Below are positions 28,927 through 37,657 of a stretch of DNA of 64,000 bases, in pieces. Every line of letters starts with the position of its first letter. Within the stretch, counting starts at the first letter, position 1. The stretch covers positions 1,216,001 through 1,280,000 of the forward strand of contig OZ244070.1 of the NCBI GenBank assembly GCA_965215605.1, read 5' to 3'. A program made the position numbers and the translations under genes. This DNA comes from an uncultured Candidatus Binatia bacterium (lineage in GTDB: Bacteria; Desulfobacterota; Binatia; UBA9968; JAJDTQ01). The notes beneath the pieces are model-generated. The model was not told the DNA's origin. It saw only the letters and a program-made list of their open reading frames with translations, and did not search any database.

Positions 28927-30309
28927 TCAGTAATGGTAACCCAGAACACGGCGACTCGACTCCCGCTGCCCGGTCTCTCTCCCGCTACGGTCGGTGGAGG
29001 AAATCAAGCGCGCCGTGACCACGACAATCAACTCCGTGGAATTGGATCTCACCGAGCGGGTGCCGAACAGAAGGCCCAACGCGGGAACGTCCTTGAGTCC
29101 AGGCACGCCGGCCTCGGTGTTGTCGCTCTGATTGCGATAGAGTCCGGCGATGACGATGGATTCGCCGTTCCCCACTTCAATGGTGGTCTCGGCCCGCCGC
29201 ACGTCGATGACCGGTATCTCCGTGCCGAACAACCTGAGCGCATCGGTTCCCACGCGCTGGGACACCTCCGGCCGCACCGTCAGCGAAATCCGGCCGCTGT
29301 CCACCACCGTGGGGACGAAGTCGAGCAACACACCGTATTGCTTGTACTCGAACGACAGTTGGCCGTCCTCGAACCCGCTGGGCAACGGATACTCGCCGCC
29401 GGAAAAGAAGCTCGCCGTCTGGCCCGATACAGCCGTGACGTTGGGCCGGGCCAGTACGGTGGCCAGCCCCGCGGTGGCGAGAGCGTCAATCAGGCCACGT
29501 ACCGACGCGGAACCGGTGGGCGACGTGTGGGAGCCGAACAGGGATGACGCCTGTCCTCCCTGCAACGATGCGCCAGGAATACGGTCCAAGTCGCCCAGAA
29601 GAAGGTTTCCGACGCGCATGCCGAAAATTCCGTCGCCGCGTGTGCTCATCGCTTGCCAGTTGATGCCGAGCGTTTCGCTCACGCTACGCTGGACCTCGGC
29701 GATCTGCACCTCGAGGTTGACCTGCTGAGGGCTCGCAATGGAGAGGCGATTGATCACCACCGACTTCTCGGGCAGGGAAGCCCGGGCCAACTGCAAAGCC
29801 CGCTCCGCTGCGTCCGGTGAGGCGACTACCCCGATGAGTTCAACTCCCTGGCGCCACGGACGAACCTTCAAGTCTCGAAGCTCCGGTTCCTCCGCCAGAG
29901 CTGACCGTACCGATTCCAGCTCCACCGTCACCACCACCGTCCAGCGTCCTACAAGTTCCCCGTCGCTCCCGAGTGCCACCAACGAGGTGCGACCAGCCAC
30001 TTTGCCGTACACCAGCAGCACATCGGAAGAAGCCACCTGCACGTCTGCGATGGTCGGGTCGGTAAGGGATACCGTAGCTGCAGGCCAGTCCAGCCGGAGC
30101 ATCCGGCTTTGGCCGGCGTCGATCATCAACAACCGCCCGTTGGGAGTATCCTGGCCGTTGAGATTGAACGCGGAGAGTAGCACCATCCCCGCAATAGCGG
30201 GAGCCGAGAATGCTCTCACCGCCACGACAGAGAACCGCCGTAATACGTTATACATAAACGCAAACCAAGGTATGGCGGCGTAGAGACACCGCCATACCTT
30301 GCTGATCAC
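28927..30309 (-). CDS. cpaC: Tad secretin CpaC/RcpA
   Basis: DPTIADVQV, QQVNLEVQIAEVQRS, LARPNVTAVSGQTASFFSGGEYP, YKQYGVLLDFVP, PGLKDVPALGLLF, TELIVVVT; start may lie further downstream. Confidence 0.92.
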   Translation of the reverse strand: MISKVWRCLYAAIPWFAFMYNVLRRFSVVAVRAFSAPAIAGMVLLSAFNLNGQDTPNGRLLMIDAGQSRMLRLDWPAATVSLTDPTIADVQVASSDVLLVYGKVAGRTSLVALGSDGELVGRWTVVVTVELESVRSALAEEPELRDLKVRPWRQGVELIGVVASPDAAERALQLARASLPEKSVVINRLSIASPQQVNLEVQIAEVQRSVSETLGINWQAMSTRGDGIFGMRVGNLLLGDLDRIPGASLQGGQASSLFGSHTSPTGSASVRGLIDALATAGLATVLARPNVTAVSGQTASFFSGGEYPLPSGFEDGQLSFEYKQYGVLLDFVPTVVDSGRISLTVRPEVSQRVGTDALRLFGTEIPVIDVRRAETTIEVGNGESIVIAGLYRNQSDNTEAGVPGLKDVPALGLLFGTRSVRSNSTELIVVVTARLISSTDRSGRETGQRESSRRVLGYHY

Positions 30310-30328
30310 CCTGGAGTCTTGTCGTTGG

Positions 30329-30502
30329 TTATGTGAGCGTGGAAATCTCGCTCGAGACGTCGGTCAGATAATCTTTGATCTCGTTCCTGAAGGAATTGAG
30401 GGCGGCCGCCAGCCCGACGATGATAATGCCGACGATCGCGGCGTACTCAAGCGCCGACACAGCGCGACTGCTCCGGAAATACTGCGCAATACGTAGAATC
30501 AT
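30329..30502 (-). CDS. flp: Flp major pilin (57 aa, missed by the ORF track)
   Basis: Manual translation MILRIAQYFRSSRA-VSALEYAAIVGIIIVGLAAALNSFRNEIKDYLTDVSSEISTLT*; EY at +5/+6, hydrophobic helix, AGGAGAAGGAG RBS. Confidence 0.88.
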   Translation of the reverse strand: MILRIAQYFRSSRAVSALEYAAIVGIIIVGLAAALNSFRNEIKDYLTDVSSEISTLT

Positions 30503-30541
30503 TTGTGTTTCTCCTTCTCCTGATTTGCTACCAATTTAGAT

Positions 30542-32026
30542 TTAGCCACCAGCTGACGGCTTTGGCGGTTTGACCCGCCGTATCTCCCCTACCGCCTTGC
30601 CGATCTTCTCGAACGCCTCGGTGAGTTTGGCCGGAGAACCGGTCTTGAACACCCTGTCTGCAGAACCCGTGCAATCACGAAGCAGGTCAAATATCGCCTC
30701 GCGTCTCGAGTAATCATTGGGTACGGCCAACACCCCGTAAACATGAATCCCCTCGTTCCTGGCGCGTTCGCAATGATCCCGAGTGGCTTGGTCAAGCTTC
30801 GCTACCCTGTCGTCCCTGGGCTGCCCACCCAACCCGCTGATTCCGGCTCCGGGTTCGCCGTAGGCCGAATAACTCGTAGCGCCGATATTGTTCGTGCCGT
30901 CCGTCAGCAACACAAGAACCTTTTTTGGGTCCCCTTCGGGCTCCTTACCCCCCCAAGACACCCGCCAATCAGGTGCGAGCACCCTCCTACCCCATTGGAC
31001 GCCAAGATGGGTCATGTTGCCCGTGTTTCCCCACAGCGACAAGTCGGCGATTGTTTGTTGGATTGCGGATTCGTCGTTCGACAGCGGCGCGATTGGGGTT
31101 CTGATGCAGTACAATTGCGGGCCGTCCGCATCCAACCAGTCGGGTTCATTCATCCAGTACGCGCGTGTCTTGGGATGAAAATACGACGGGAACTTCGCTT
31201 GGGCGGGCGTGGCGATTGACAAGTGGTCGGCTCGGTGCAAGACACAGCCTTCCCATGGGCTGAAACCGCGGCCCGGCGGTATGACCTTGTCTCCCTTACC
31301 GATGTCATCCACCCAGCCTGACCGATTCTTGCCGACGTTGACGACCGCCGTATATGGCACAAAACCTACCGACACGTGGTCTCCGCCGGCACGGAACAGG
31401 GCACTGACGAGCGTGTTGGCTGCATTCTTGGCGGCTACGAGCCGCGAGTCCGGGTTTTGCTCGAAATGCACATAATGCTTGTTAGCTTTCGAAATACTCG
31501 ATCTCATCTCGGTACTGACGGACAATGCCAGTACAATGTCCACGGGGACGATAGCACGCTTGACCTGGAGACGAGCGTTGACTTCCTGTCCGGCGAGATC
31601 AAGGCCCCAGGACTTGCCTAGAATGGATCCAGGCAATTTCGCGGTCACCTCAACCGTCACGGATTCTTCATTGCTCTCCTTGCCGTGCTTGAGGGCAACC
31701 TTCAGACTCTTGCCCAACTCCTCGCGATGCGCCTGCGGCACGTTGGCCAGGACATAACGCCTGATCGTGGCCTCGAGTTCAGCGTCTCGCTCTTCGCTCT
31801 CTTCGTCGGTGGCGTCCGGGGCCAGGGTTCCCATCTCCTTGAAAGCCGCAATCCCGCCCGCATCGATGGCGGCCTCCAGCATGTTCTTCTGGTGGGACAC
31901 CCAAGTCAGATCGCCGACCACGCCCACGGTCATGAATACCGCCGAGCCAAGCATGACGGACGCGAGTCCCACCGCGGCAGCGGTTTCACGGGCAAAGCGG
32001 ACCAGTATGTGTGATGTTTTCTTCAT
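30542..32026 (-). CDS. tadG: TadG-like minor pilin with vWA-like domain
   Basis: N-terminal pilin-like TM, LEAAIDAGGIAA, VGFVPY, WEGCV, GVQWG, LVLLTDG. Confidence 0.75.
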   Translation of the reverse strand: MKKTSHILVRFARETAAAVGLASVMLGSAVFMTVGVVGDLTWVSHQKNMLEAAIDAGGIAAFKEMGTLAPDATDEESEERDAELEATIRRYVLANVPQAHREELGKSLKVALKHGKESNEESVTVEVTAKLPGSILGKSWGLDLAGQEVNARLQVKRAIVPVDIVLALSVSTEMRSSISKANKHYVHFEQNPDSRLVAAKNAANTLVSALFRAGGDHVSVGFVPYTAVVNVGKNRSGWVDDIGKGDKVIPPGRGFSPWEGCVLHRADHLSIATPAQAKFPSYFHPKTRAYWMNEPDWLDADGPQLYCIRTPIAPLSNDESAIQQTIADLSLWGNTGNMTHLGVQWGRRVLAPDWRVSWGGKEPEGDPKKVLVLLTDGTNNIGATSYSAYGEPGAGISGLGGQPRDDRVAKLDQATRDHCERARNEGIHVYGVLAVPNDYSRREAIFDLLRDCTGSADRVFKTGSPAKLTEAFEKIGKAVGEIRRVKPPKPSAGG

Positions 32027-32045
32027 TGCGTCAACACCGCGACAT

Positions 32046-32654
32046 TCACGACTGTTGTATGGTCGGCAGATCGGCACGCACCGGCACGATCCTGTATTGA
32101 TACAGTTTTGTGGAAAAGAGACGGCTCGAAATCAACCCGCCGGGCTTGACACAAACCTCCACCACCATGACCGTCTCGCCACCAGTCATTGCCAACTCCG
32201 TGGGGAGGGCGCCGCCTTTGCCGATCAGAGTGCGGTCGCCGCAAGCCTCGACAAGCGTGGGCGGAGCCCCGTCTTTGGGAGCCAGCAGGACCTCGTGGTC
32301 CCACTGCACACTCGTGGCGCCCTGCTGATCAGACTTGGTGATCGCGGAAATGACGAATGCGGCCTTTGACGACACCCCTATCTGTTTCTCGTGAGAGAAT
32401 TTCGCCAAGTCGTTGACCCACTGGGCCGGCGGCGTACTCGCCAACGACATGTACTCGGCCATGGTGTTGGCGGCCTGCGTGCCCAACGATTTCGCCTCAA
32501 TGAGCCGGTAGATGTCCAGAGAGCCTGTCGTTATGGCGAGAAAGAGCACTGACCCGGCGACGAACTCTATGCTTACGGATGCGCGCGTGCTCCGCCACCA
32601 CGATGACAGCACCGCGGGGACACTTGAAGACATTTTGCGTTTCAAGCTTTTCAT
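32046..32654 (-). CDS. TadE/TadF-like minor pilin
   Basis: STRA-SVSIEF pilin motif followed by a hydrophobic helix. Confidence 0.75.
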   Translation of the reverse strand: MKSLKRKMSSSVPAVLSSWWRSTRASVSIEFVAGSVLFLAITTGSLDIYRLIEAKSLGTQAANTMAEYMSLASTPPAQWVNDLAKFSHEKQIGVSSKAAFVISAITKSDQQGATSVQWDHEVLLAPKDGAPPTLVEACGDRTLIGKGGALPTELAMTGGETVMVVEVCVKPGGLISSRLFSTKLYQYRIVPVRADLPTIQQS

Positions 32655-32663
32655 TGGCCTACC

Positions 32664-33422
32664 TCAACGTGGGAGCTGGCTCGTCTCAAGTGGGCCATCG
32701 GTTTGGGAATCCGGATCGCCATTGGTTTGGGAATCCGGATTGCTGGTCGGGGTGTTCGGGTCGTTGGTCTGCGGAATGCTGGTCTGCAAATTCGGGCCGT
32801 CGGTCTGCGAATCCGGGCCGTCGGTCTGCGAGACTTTCTCGTCCTTTTCAGGATTGGTGGCCAATGCCAGTTCGTTGCGCGTCACCGCCAGCGCCGTGAA
32901 GGCGACGTCGCCGCTCCCGCCATTGTCCAGCAATTTCTGTCGCCACCACGCAAAACCGCCGGTGGGCTCATAGGTCAGCTTCACCACCACCATATCGCCC
33001 GGACCCCCACCCTTCTGGCCGAATTTGTCGGTGGACACCTCGCCGGCCTGCATCTTCGACGGGTTCTTGTAGACCTCGAACCGAACATCCACCACGTTGC
33101 TGTCCAGCGTGTCTTTGCCCACCTCTTCCCGTATGGCGTCCCAAGCGCGGTTTTCCAACTCGTGCTTGTTTCTCGCCTGGAACGGCTGCAACACATGGTC
33201 ACGCGCGGCAGCGTAGGCCGCGCGCTCCAGGATGTCGCCGGTGTTCACCACTTTCACAATCTCGAACGCGGTACCGAACATGCCTACCGTGAAGGCGATG
33301 TATGCGACGCTCTCCAACGCCACCGACGCGCGGCGGCAGAAGGCGAAAGGCCGCAAGCGCCCCACCGAAAAGGAGGAAAGCCCGCGCAACCTCGGAAGCA
33401 ATTTACGAATCGCCAAATTCAT
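32664..33422 (-). CDS. TadE-like minor pilin with C-terminal repeat tail
   Basis: CRRA-SVALES, LERAAYAAAR, GGGPGDMVVVKLTY; tail of SQTDGPD-type repeats. Confidence 0.75.
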   Translation of the reverse strand: MNLAIRKLLPRLRGLSSFSVGRLRPFAFCRRASVALESVAYIAFTVGMFGTAFEIVKVVNTGDILERAAYAAARDHVLQPFQARNKHELENRAWDAIREEVGKDTLDSNVVDVRFEVYKNPSKMQAGEVSTDKFGQKGGGPGDMVVVKLTYEPTGGFAWWRQKLLDNGGSGDVAFTALAVTRNELALATNPEKDEKVSQTDGPDSQTDGPNLQTSIPQTNDPNTPTSNPDSQTNGDPDSQTDGPLETSQLPR

Positions 33423-33498
33423 ACCCTCTGTTTCAATACCCTCTGTCCGTCAATGACCGATTTGACCACGATGGCCGGGTGAACCGAGGGTATGTTAC

Positions 33499-33513
33499 GC
33501 AAAGTGCGTGCCA
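33499..33513 (-). promoter_or_regulatory. Sigma54 (-24/-12) promoter of the minus-strand tad operon
   Basis: Minus strand TGGCACGCACTTTGC matches TGGCACG-N4-TTGC, about 77 bp upstream of the first tad ATG (33422). Confidence 0.85.
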
Positions 33514-33658
33514 TCTGTACCCGAGGGGGCCTGAAGGGGAAATTGCCCGGTTTAACGGGGGCTAACGGCGAGGAATCTGGAAACCGCGAATTCCAGCGGC
33601 GCGACAAAATTGATCGCCGTGCGACCGTACAACACGAAGTTTCTCGGCAGGAAAATCA

Positions 33659-33671
33659 TAACTATCTGATT
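33659..33671 (-). promoter_or_regulatory. Putative IHF site
   Basis: Minus strand AATCAGATAGTTA matches WATCAR-N4-TTR, in an AT-rich stretch upstream of the sigma54 promoter. Confidence 0.5.
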
Positions 33672-33761
33672 TAAAATGAGATTTTTCCAATTGTTTCGAA
33701 AGTGTTGCAATTTGCATCGTATACCAAAAAAACGCAACACTGCGTGAAACCGCAAACGACC

Positions 33762-35657
33762 TCAGTCCCTGTCGGTGAGGCCGTACCGTTTCAGTTTCCG
33801 GTGCAGTGTCACCCGGTTGATGCCCAGTGTCCGGGCCGCCTGGGTGACGTTGTTTCCGGTGGCTTCCAGCGCCTGGGCGAGGGCCTCCCGCTCGACATCA
33901 ACCAACGACGGCGCCGCCACCGGGAGCCGCCTTTCCGAACGCGCGCGGCGGCGGAAAAGTTGCGGAGGCAGACTCTCCGCCTGCAGCACGTCGGTCTGCT
34001 CCAGCAGAACGGCGCGCTCAATGGCGTTGTCGAGCTCGCGCACGTTGCCGGGCCAATCGTATTGCAACAGCATCCGGCTCGCGGCGCTGGAAATTCCCCT
34101 AAGGGGCCGGTCGCTGCGTTGGGTGTGTATCTTCAGAAAGTGATCGGCCAGCATCGTGATGTCCCCACGACGCTGCCTGAGGGGCGGTATCTCGATGGGG
34201 AAGGCGGCAACGCGATACAGCAGGTCTTCACGGAAATCCCCCTCTTTGACCGCGTCCTCGAGGTTCTTGTTGGTGGCCACGATGACCCGGACATCGACGG
34301 CGGTGGTGCCGGAACCGCCCACACGCTGGACTTCCCGTTCCTGCAACACCCGCAAGAGCTTGGCCTGGAGCGCGGGCTGCATGTCGCCGATCTCGTCAAG
34401 CAGGATGGTCCCGCGGTTGGCCCGCTCGAAGGCGCCGATTCTCCGTTGGGTCGCGCCCGTAAACGCCCCATGTTCGTGACCGAACAACTCGCTCTCTATC
34501 AGTGCTTCGGGGATGGCGGCGCAGTTGAGGGCCACGAACGGCCCCTTGTTCCGAGGACTGTTGGCGTGAAGCATCCGCGCCACGAGTTCCTTGCCAGTAC
34601 CGCTCTCGCCGCGAATCAACACGGTGATGTCGCTCCCCGCGGCCTGGCGAATCAGTGCGTAGACCTGCTGCATGGGTCGACTGGCGCCGACCATGCCCTC
34701 CACGGACTCCGTGGCCTCCGCCAACTCGGCGCGCAACCGCAGCAACTCGGCCTTCATGTGCTCGCTTTCCACGTCTCCGGATACATCCCGGTAGACATGG
34801 AGGTCGCCCACCACCGTCCCCCCGCTGTCACGCACCCGCGAAGTCGCGCGGTAGAACAACCGGCTCTCGCCCGCCTTGCCGTTGCCTCTTTGCTCCACCA
34901 ACTCTCCCCTATCCCCGAAGGCGGATTCCCTCTCCAGCGCTGGCAACTCGGGGGCGTGGAACCGCTCCTTGAATCGGGCCGTTGCCGCATCCAGATCAAG
35001 CTCCTTCAACTCGATTTCCGTGAGGCCCGCCAAGGTCTGGTAGCCCTGATTGGCAAACAGGAGGCGCCCGTCACGATCATACAGCGCCATGGCCTCCCGT
35101 GAGGCGTTGAGCACGGATTCCAGCCGCGTATAGCCGATGGAAAGCTGCCGCCGGTTCTCCGCCAATTTCCTCTCGACGTTCCACTTCCCCACCAGAGAGA
35201 GCGTGATCTGCTGGATCTCTTCGCGCGCAAAGGGCTTGCGGACGTACAGCACCTTGTGAAGCGGCCCGACGGTTTCGACGACATCGAGCAAGGACCGGTC
35301 CGTGTAGGCGGTCATGATGACGACCTCGATGTCGGGGTCGATCTTCCTGATGCGGCCGATGGTTTCGATACCGTCCATGCCGGGAGGCATGCGGATATCG
35401 ACGTAGGCGACGGCAACGGGAACGTCCGCTTCCTTTCCGGCGCTCACGATCCCGCAGGCGTCCTCTCCGCTCCTGGCGTGCAGCATCTCGAAGTCCGGCA
35501 AACGGGGCGGTTCCTCCTCGGCGAGAAACGCGGACGCCAGCTCGCGTCCCGACGACGCCAACGACCGTGGGTTCAGGATCTCCGCGAAGTCGTCGTGAAT
35601 CTCCTTCTGATCGTCGACGATCAACACGCGCCGGTTGGTGTACCCCTCAAACTCCAT
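33762..35657 (-). CDS. Sigma54-dependent response regulator (REC-PAS-AAA+-Fis HTH)
   Basis: [18 protein letters not shown]; [49 protein letters not shown]. Confidence 0.93.
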   Translation of the reverse strand: MEFEGYTNRRVLIVDDQKEIHDDFAEILNPRSLASSGRELASAFLAEEEPPRLPDFEMLHARSGEDACGIVSAGKEADVPVAVAYVDIRMPPGMDGIETIGRIRKIDPDIEVVIMTAYTDRSLLDVVETVGPLHKVLYVRKPFAREEIQQITLSLVGKWNVERKLAENRRQLSIGYTRLESVLNASREAMALYDRDGRLLFANQGYQTLAGLTEIELKELDLDAATARFKERFHAPELPALERESAFGDRGELVEQRGNGKAGESRLFYRATSRVRDSGGTVVGDLHVYRDVSGDVESEHMKAELLRLRAELAEATESVEGMVGASRPMQQVYALIRQAAGSDITVLIRGESGTGKELVARMLHANSPRNKGPFVALNCAAIPEALIESELFGHEHGAFTGATQRRIGAFERANRGTILLDEIGDMQPALQAKLLRVLQEREVQRVGGSGTTAVDVRVIVATNKNLEDAVKEGDFREDLLYRVAAFPIEIPPLRQRRGDITMLADHFLKIHTQRSDRPLRGISSAASRMLLQYDWPGNVRELDNAIERAVLLEQTDVLQAESLPPQLFRRRARSERRLPVAAPSLVDVEREALAQALEATGNNVTQAARTLGINRVTLHRKLKRYGLTDRD

Positions 35658-37488
35658 CCAGCATCCTCATGGGCCGGACGGATGGCTCACATGCCGTACC
35701 GCCCGGCTCAGCCCAACTGTGCGTAATACGGGGGGGGGGGGGCAACCGCAGCCCGATGCGCACGGTGGCGCCCTTGCCGAGGCCGGGGCTCGAAATCTCA
35801 ATGCGCCCGCCCGCGCCAACGACAAAGTTGGCCGCCGAATGAAGACCCAGTCCGGTGCCCGATTCCTTGGTGGTGTAGCCCGCGGCAAAGAACTTGCGGG
35901 TGTCCCGCTCAACGAAACCGATGCCGTTGTCGGTCACTTCGACGTCGAGCGAACCGTTGGCGCTGCCGGCCTGTATCCGAACGCACGGCTCTTCGTCGAG
36001 TGCAGCCGACTCGCGGCGCTGACGAATCGCCTGCACCGCGTTCCCGACTACGTTGATGAGCATCTGATGAAACGGACTCTCATGAATCGAGACCTCTTTC
36101 GGCGCCTTGGCGCAGTCGACGTGGAACCGGACACGCTCATCGGCGTGCGACTCCTGCACCACCCTGACGGCATCCCAGAGAGTCTTCCGAAGGTTGACGT
36201 TCCTCTCGGCGGCGGCCGGACCGCTGGGCCATCGTTGTGTACGCACGATGTCGGCGATGTGCCCGGCCCTGTCTCGCACCCGCCCGACCGTCCGCGCCAA
36301 CCTTCGGTTTTGCCGGGAGATGTCTTCGGCGAGGCTTAAGATGAACGGCCTCACCTTCCGGCCTTGCGGGTGGCTCTGGAGATAGTCGATCCAGTCGTCT
36401 CCATGTGCCTCGATGGCGTCGGACAGAGCGCGGAGCCGGCGCACCAACCGGTCGTCCTCGAGTTCCGAGTGGATGGTCTCGACGCCGGTGGTCACGGAAC
36501 TGATGGCGTTGCCGATGTTGTGCAGGATCGTATCGACCCCTTCCACCCGCCCCTCCGCAAACGCGCCCCTCATCGCTACATCCGCCGTCTTCTGGGCGGT
36601 AATGTCACGAAAAACGATCACCCCACCTCGTTGGCGGTTGGAGATGTCCTTCAACGGCCGGCCGGTGACGCTGATATAGACGCCTTGGGGCTGAACTTCA
36701 TTGCGCACGAACAATTCCTGATCGTCCGTCTCCCGGCCCAGCATCGCTAGCACCAGCGGATTCTCTTCCACCGGCAGCAGCGTCTTCTTGTCGAGAAGAT
36801 AAACGCCATGCATGGCCGCCCATTCATCAATGTTGTTGTTGGGCTCACGCATGCCGCCGATCCGAACCGCCCCCACGTTGAATGCCAAGCGCTCCCCGTC
36901 CTGATCCGTGGCGAGCACGCCCTCCTCCATGCTGTTGAAAATGACATCCATCATGTGGATGTGTTCCCGCATCTCTTCGACTCGGTGCTCCAACCGGGTT
37001 CGGGTTTCCCTGTGTCTGCCTTCCCACTCACGCAGGGACAGAGCCGTGTCGAGGCTCAGGCGGAGCTGCCGCGCGTCGAAGGGTTTCAGCACGAAGGTCA
37101 ACGGGTAACCCGTGGAAGGGGGCGGGGAGAAAATTCCGCCGAAACCGTCCGCCGTCTCGGTCAGACAAACCACGGGGATATGGAGCGCCGCGCCGATCCG
37201 TCGGGCCGATGCAAGGCCGTTCATCTCGGGGCTGGGGCCGTTCGCGCCGGCGTCGACGCCGTTCATGCCGGCTGCCGCGCCGTTCACTTCCGCGCCGGAA
37301 TCGAGGGCGACGGCGGGATCGAGGTCCATCAGTGCCGCGTCAGGAGCCGTTTCCGCCGCCCGCTCAACCGCCTCGTCCACGGAAGCCGCCACCGCGCACA
37401 CATCGTAGCCCAAACCGCGCAGATGTTGCTCCAAACCGTCAGCATCCGGCCCGTCGCCCCGGACAACCAATATGCTGGCGCGCGTCAT
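35647..37488 (-). CDS. Soluble hybrid sensor histidine kinase (REC-like-PAS-HisKA-HATPase)
   Basis: H-box [34 protein letters not shown]; no TM; stop overlaps the response regulator start. Confidence 0.9.
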   Translation of the reverse strand: MTRASILVVRGDGPDADGLEQHLRGLGYDVCAVAASVDEAVERAAETAPDAALMDLDPAVALDSGAEVNGAAAGMNGVDAGANGPSPEMNGLASARRIGAALHIPVVCLTETADGFGGIFSPPPSTGYPLTFVLKPFDARQLRLSLDTALSLREWEGRHRETRTRLEHRVEEMREHIHMMDVIFNSMEEGVLATDQDGERLAFNVGAVRIGGMREPNNNIDEWAAMHGVYLLDKKTLLPVEENPLVLAMLGRETDDQELFVRNEVQPQGVYISVTGRPLKDISNRQRGGVIVFRDITAQKTADVAMRGAFAEGRVEGVDTILHNIGNAISSVTTGVETIHSELEDDRLVRRLRALSDAIEAHGDDWIDYLQSHPQGRKVRPFILSLAEDISRQNRRLARTVGRVRDRAGHIADIVRTQRWPSGPAAAERNVNLRKTLWDAVRVVQESHADERVRFHVDCAKAPKEVSIHESPFHQMLINVVGNAVQAIRQRRESAALDEEPCVRIQAGSANGSLDVEVTDNGIGFVERDTRKFFAAGYTTKESGTGLGLHSAANFVVGAGGRIEISSPGLGKGATVRIGLRLPPPPRITHSWAEPGGTACEPSVRPMRMLDGV

Positions 37489-37634
37489 GACGTTCCCGTA
37501 CCTGCCAAGTCTCTCGTCCCTGCCTTCATCGTGCTCCTTCCCATGTGGATCCTGGTCAACCCACTGGAGTACCCCCCCTTCCTGCCGACACAAACTCCCA
37601 TACATCACCCGGCATTTCAAGCAAAGTTCCTCCC

Positions 37635-37657
37635 GTCACCCCGGACTTGATCCGGGG
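37635..37657. repeat. REP-like palindrome
   Basis: GTCA-CCCCGGA-CTTGA-TCCGGGG hairpin, which also supplies the stop of the adjacent gene. Confidence 0.55.

Noticed and set aside
35647-35742. Frameshift fusion of kinase and response regulator via the poly-C tract
   Set aside because: The regulator frame has a TGA at 35667-35669, so no tract length yields a fusion.
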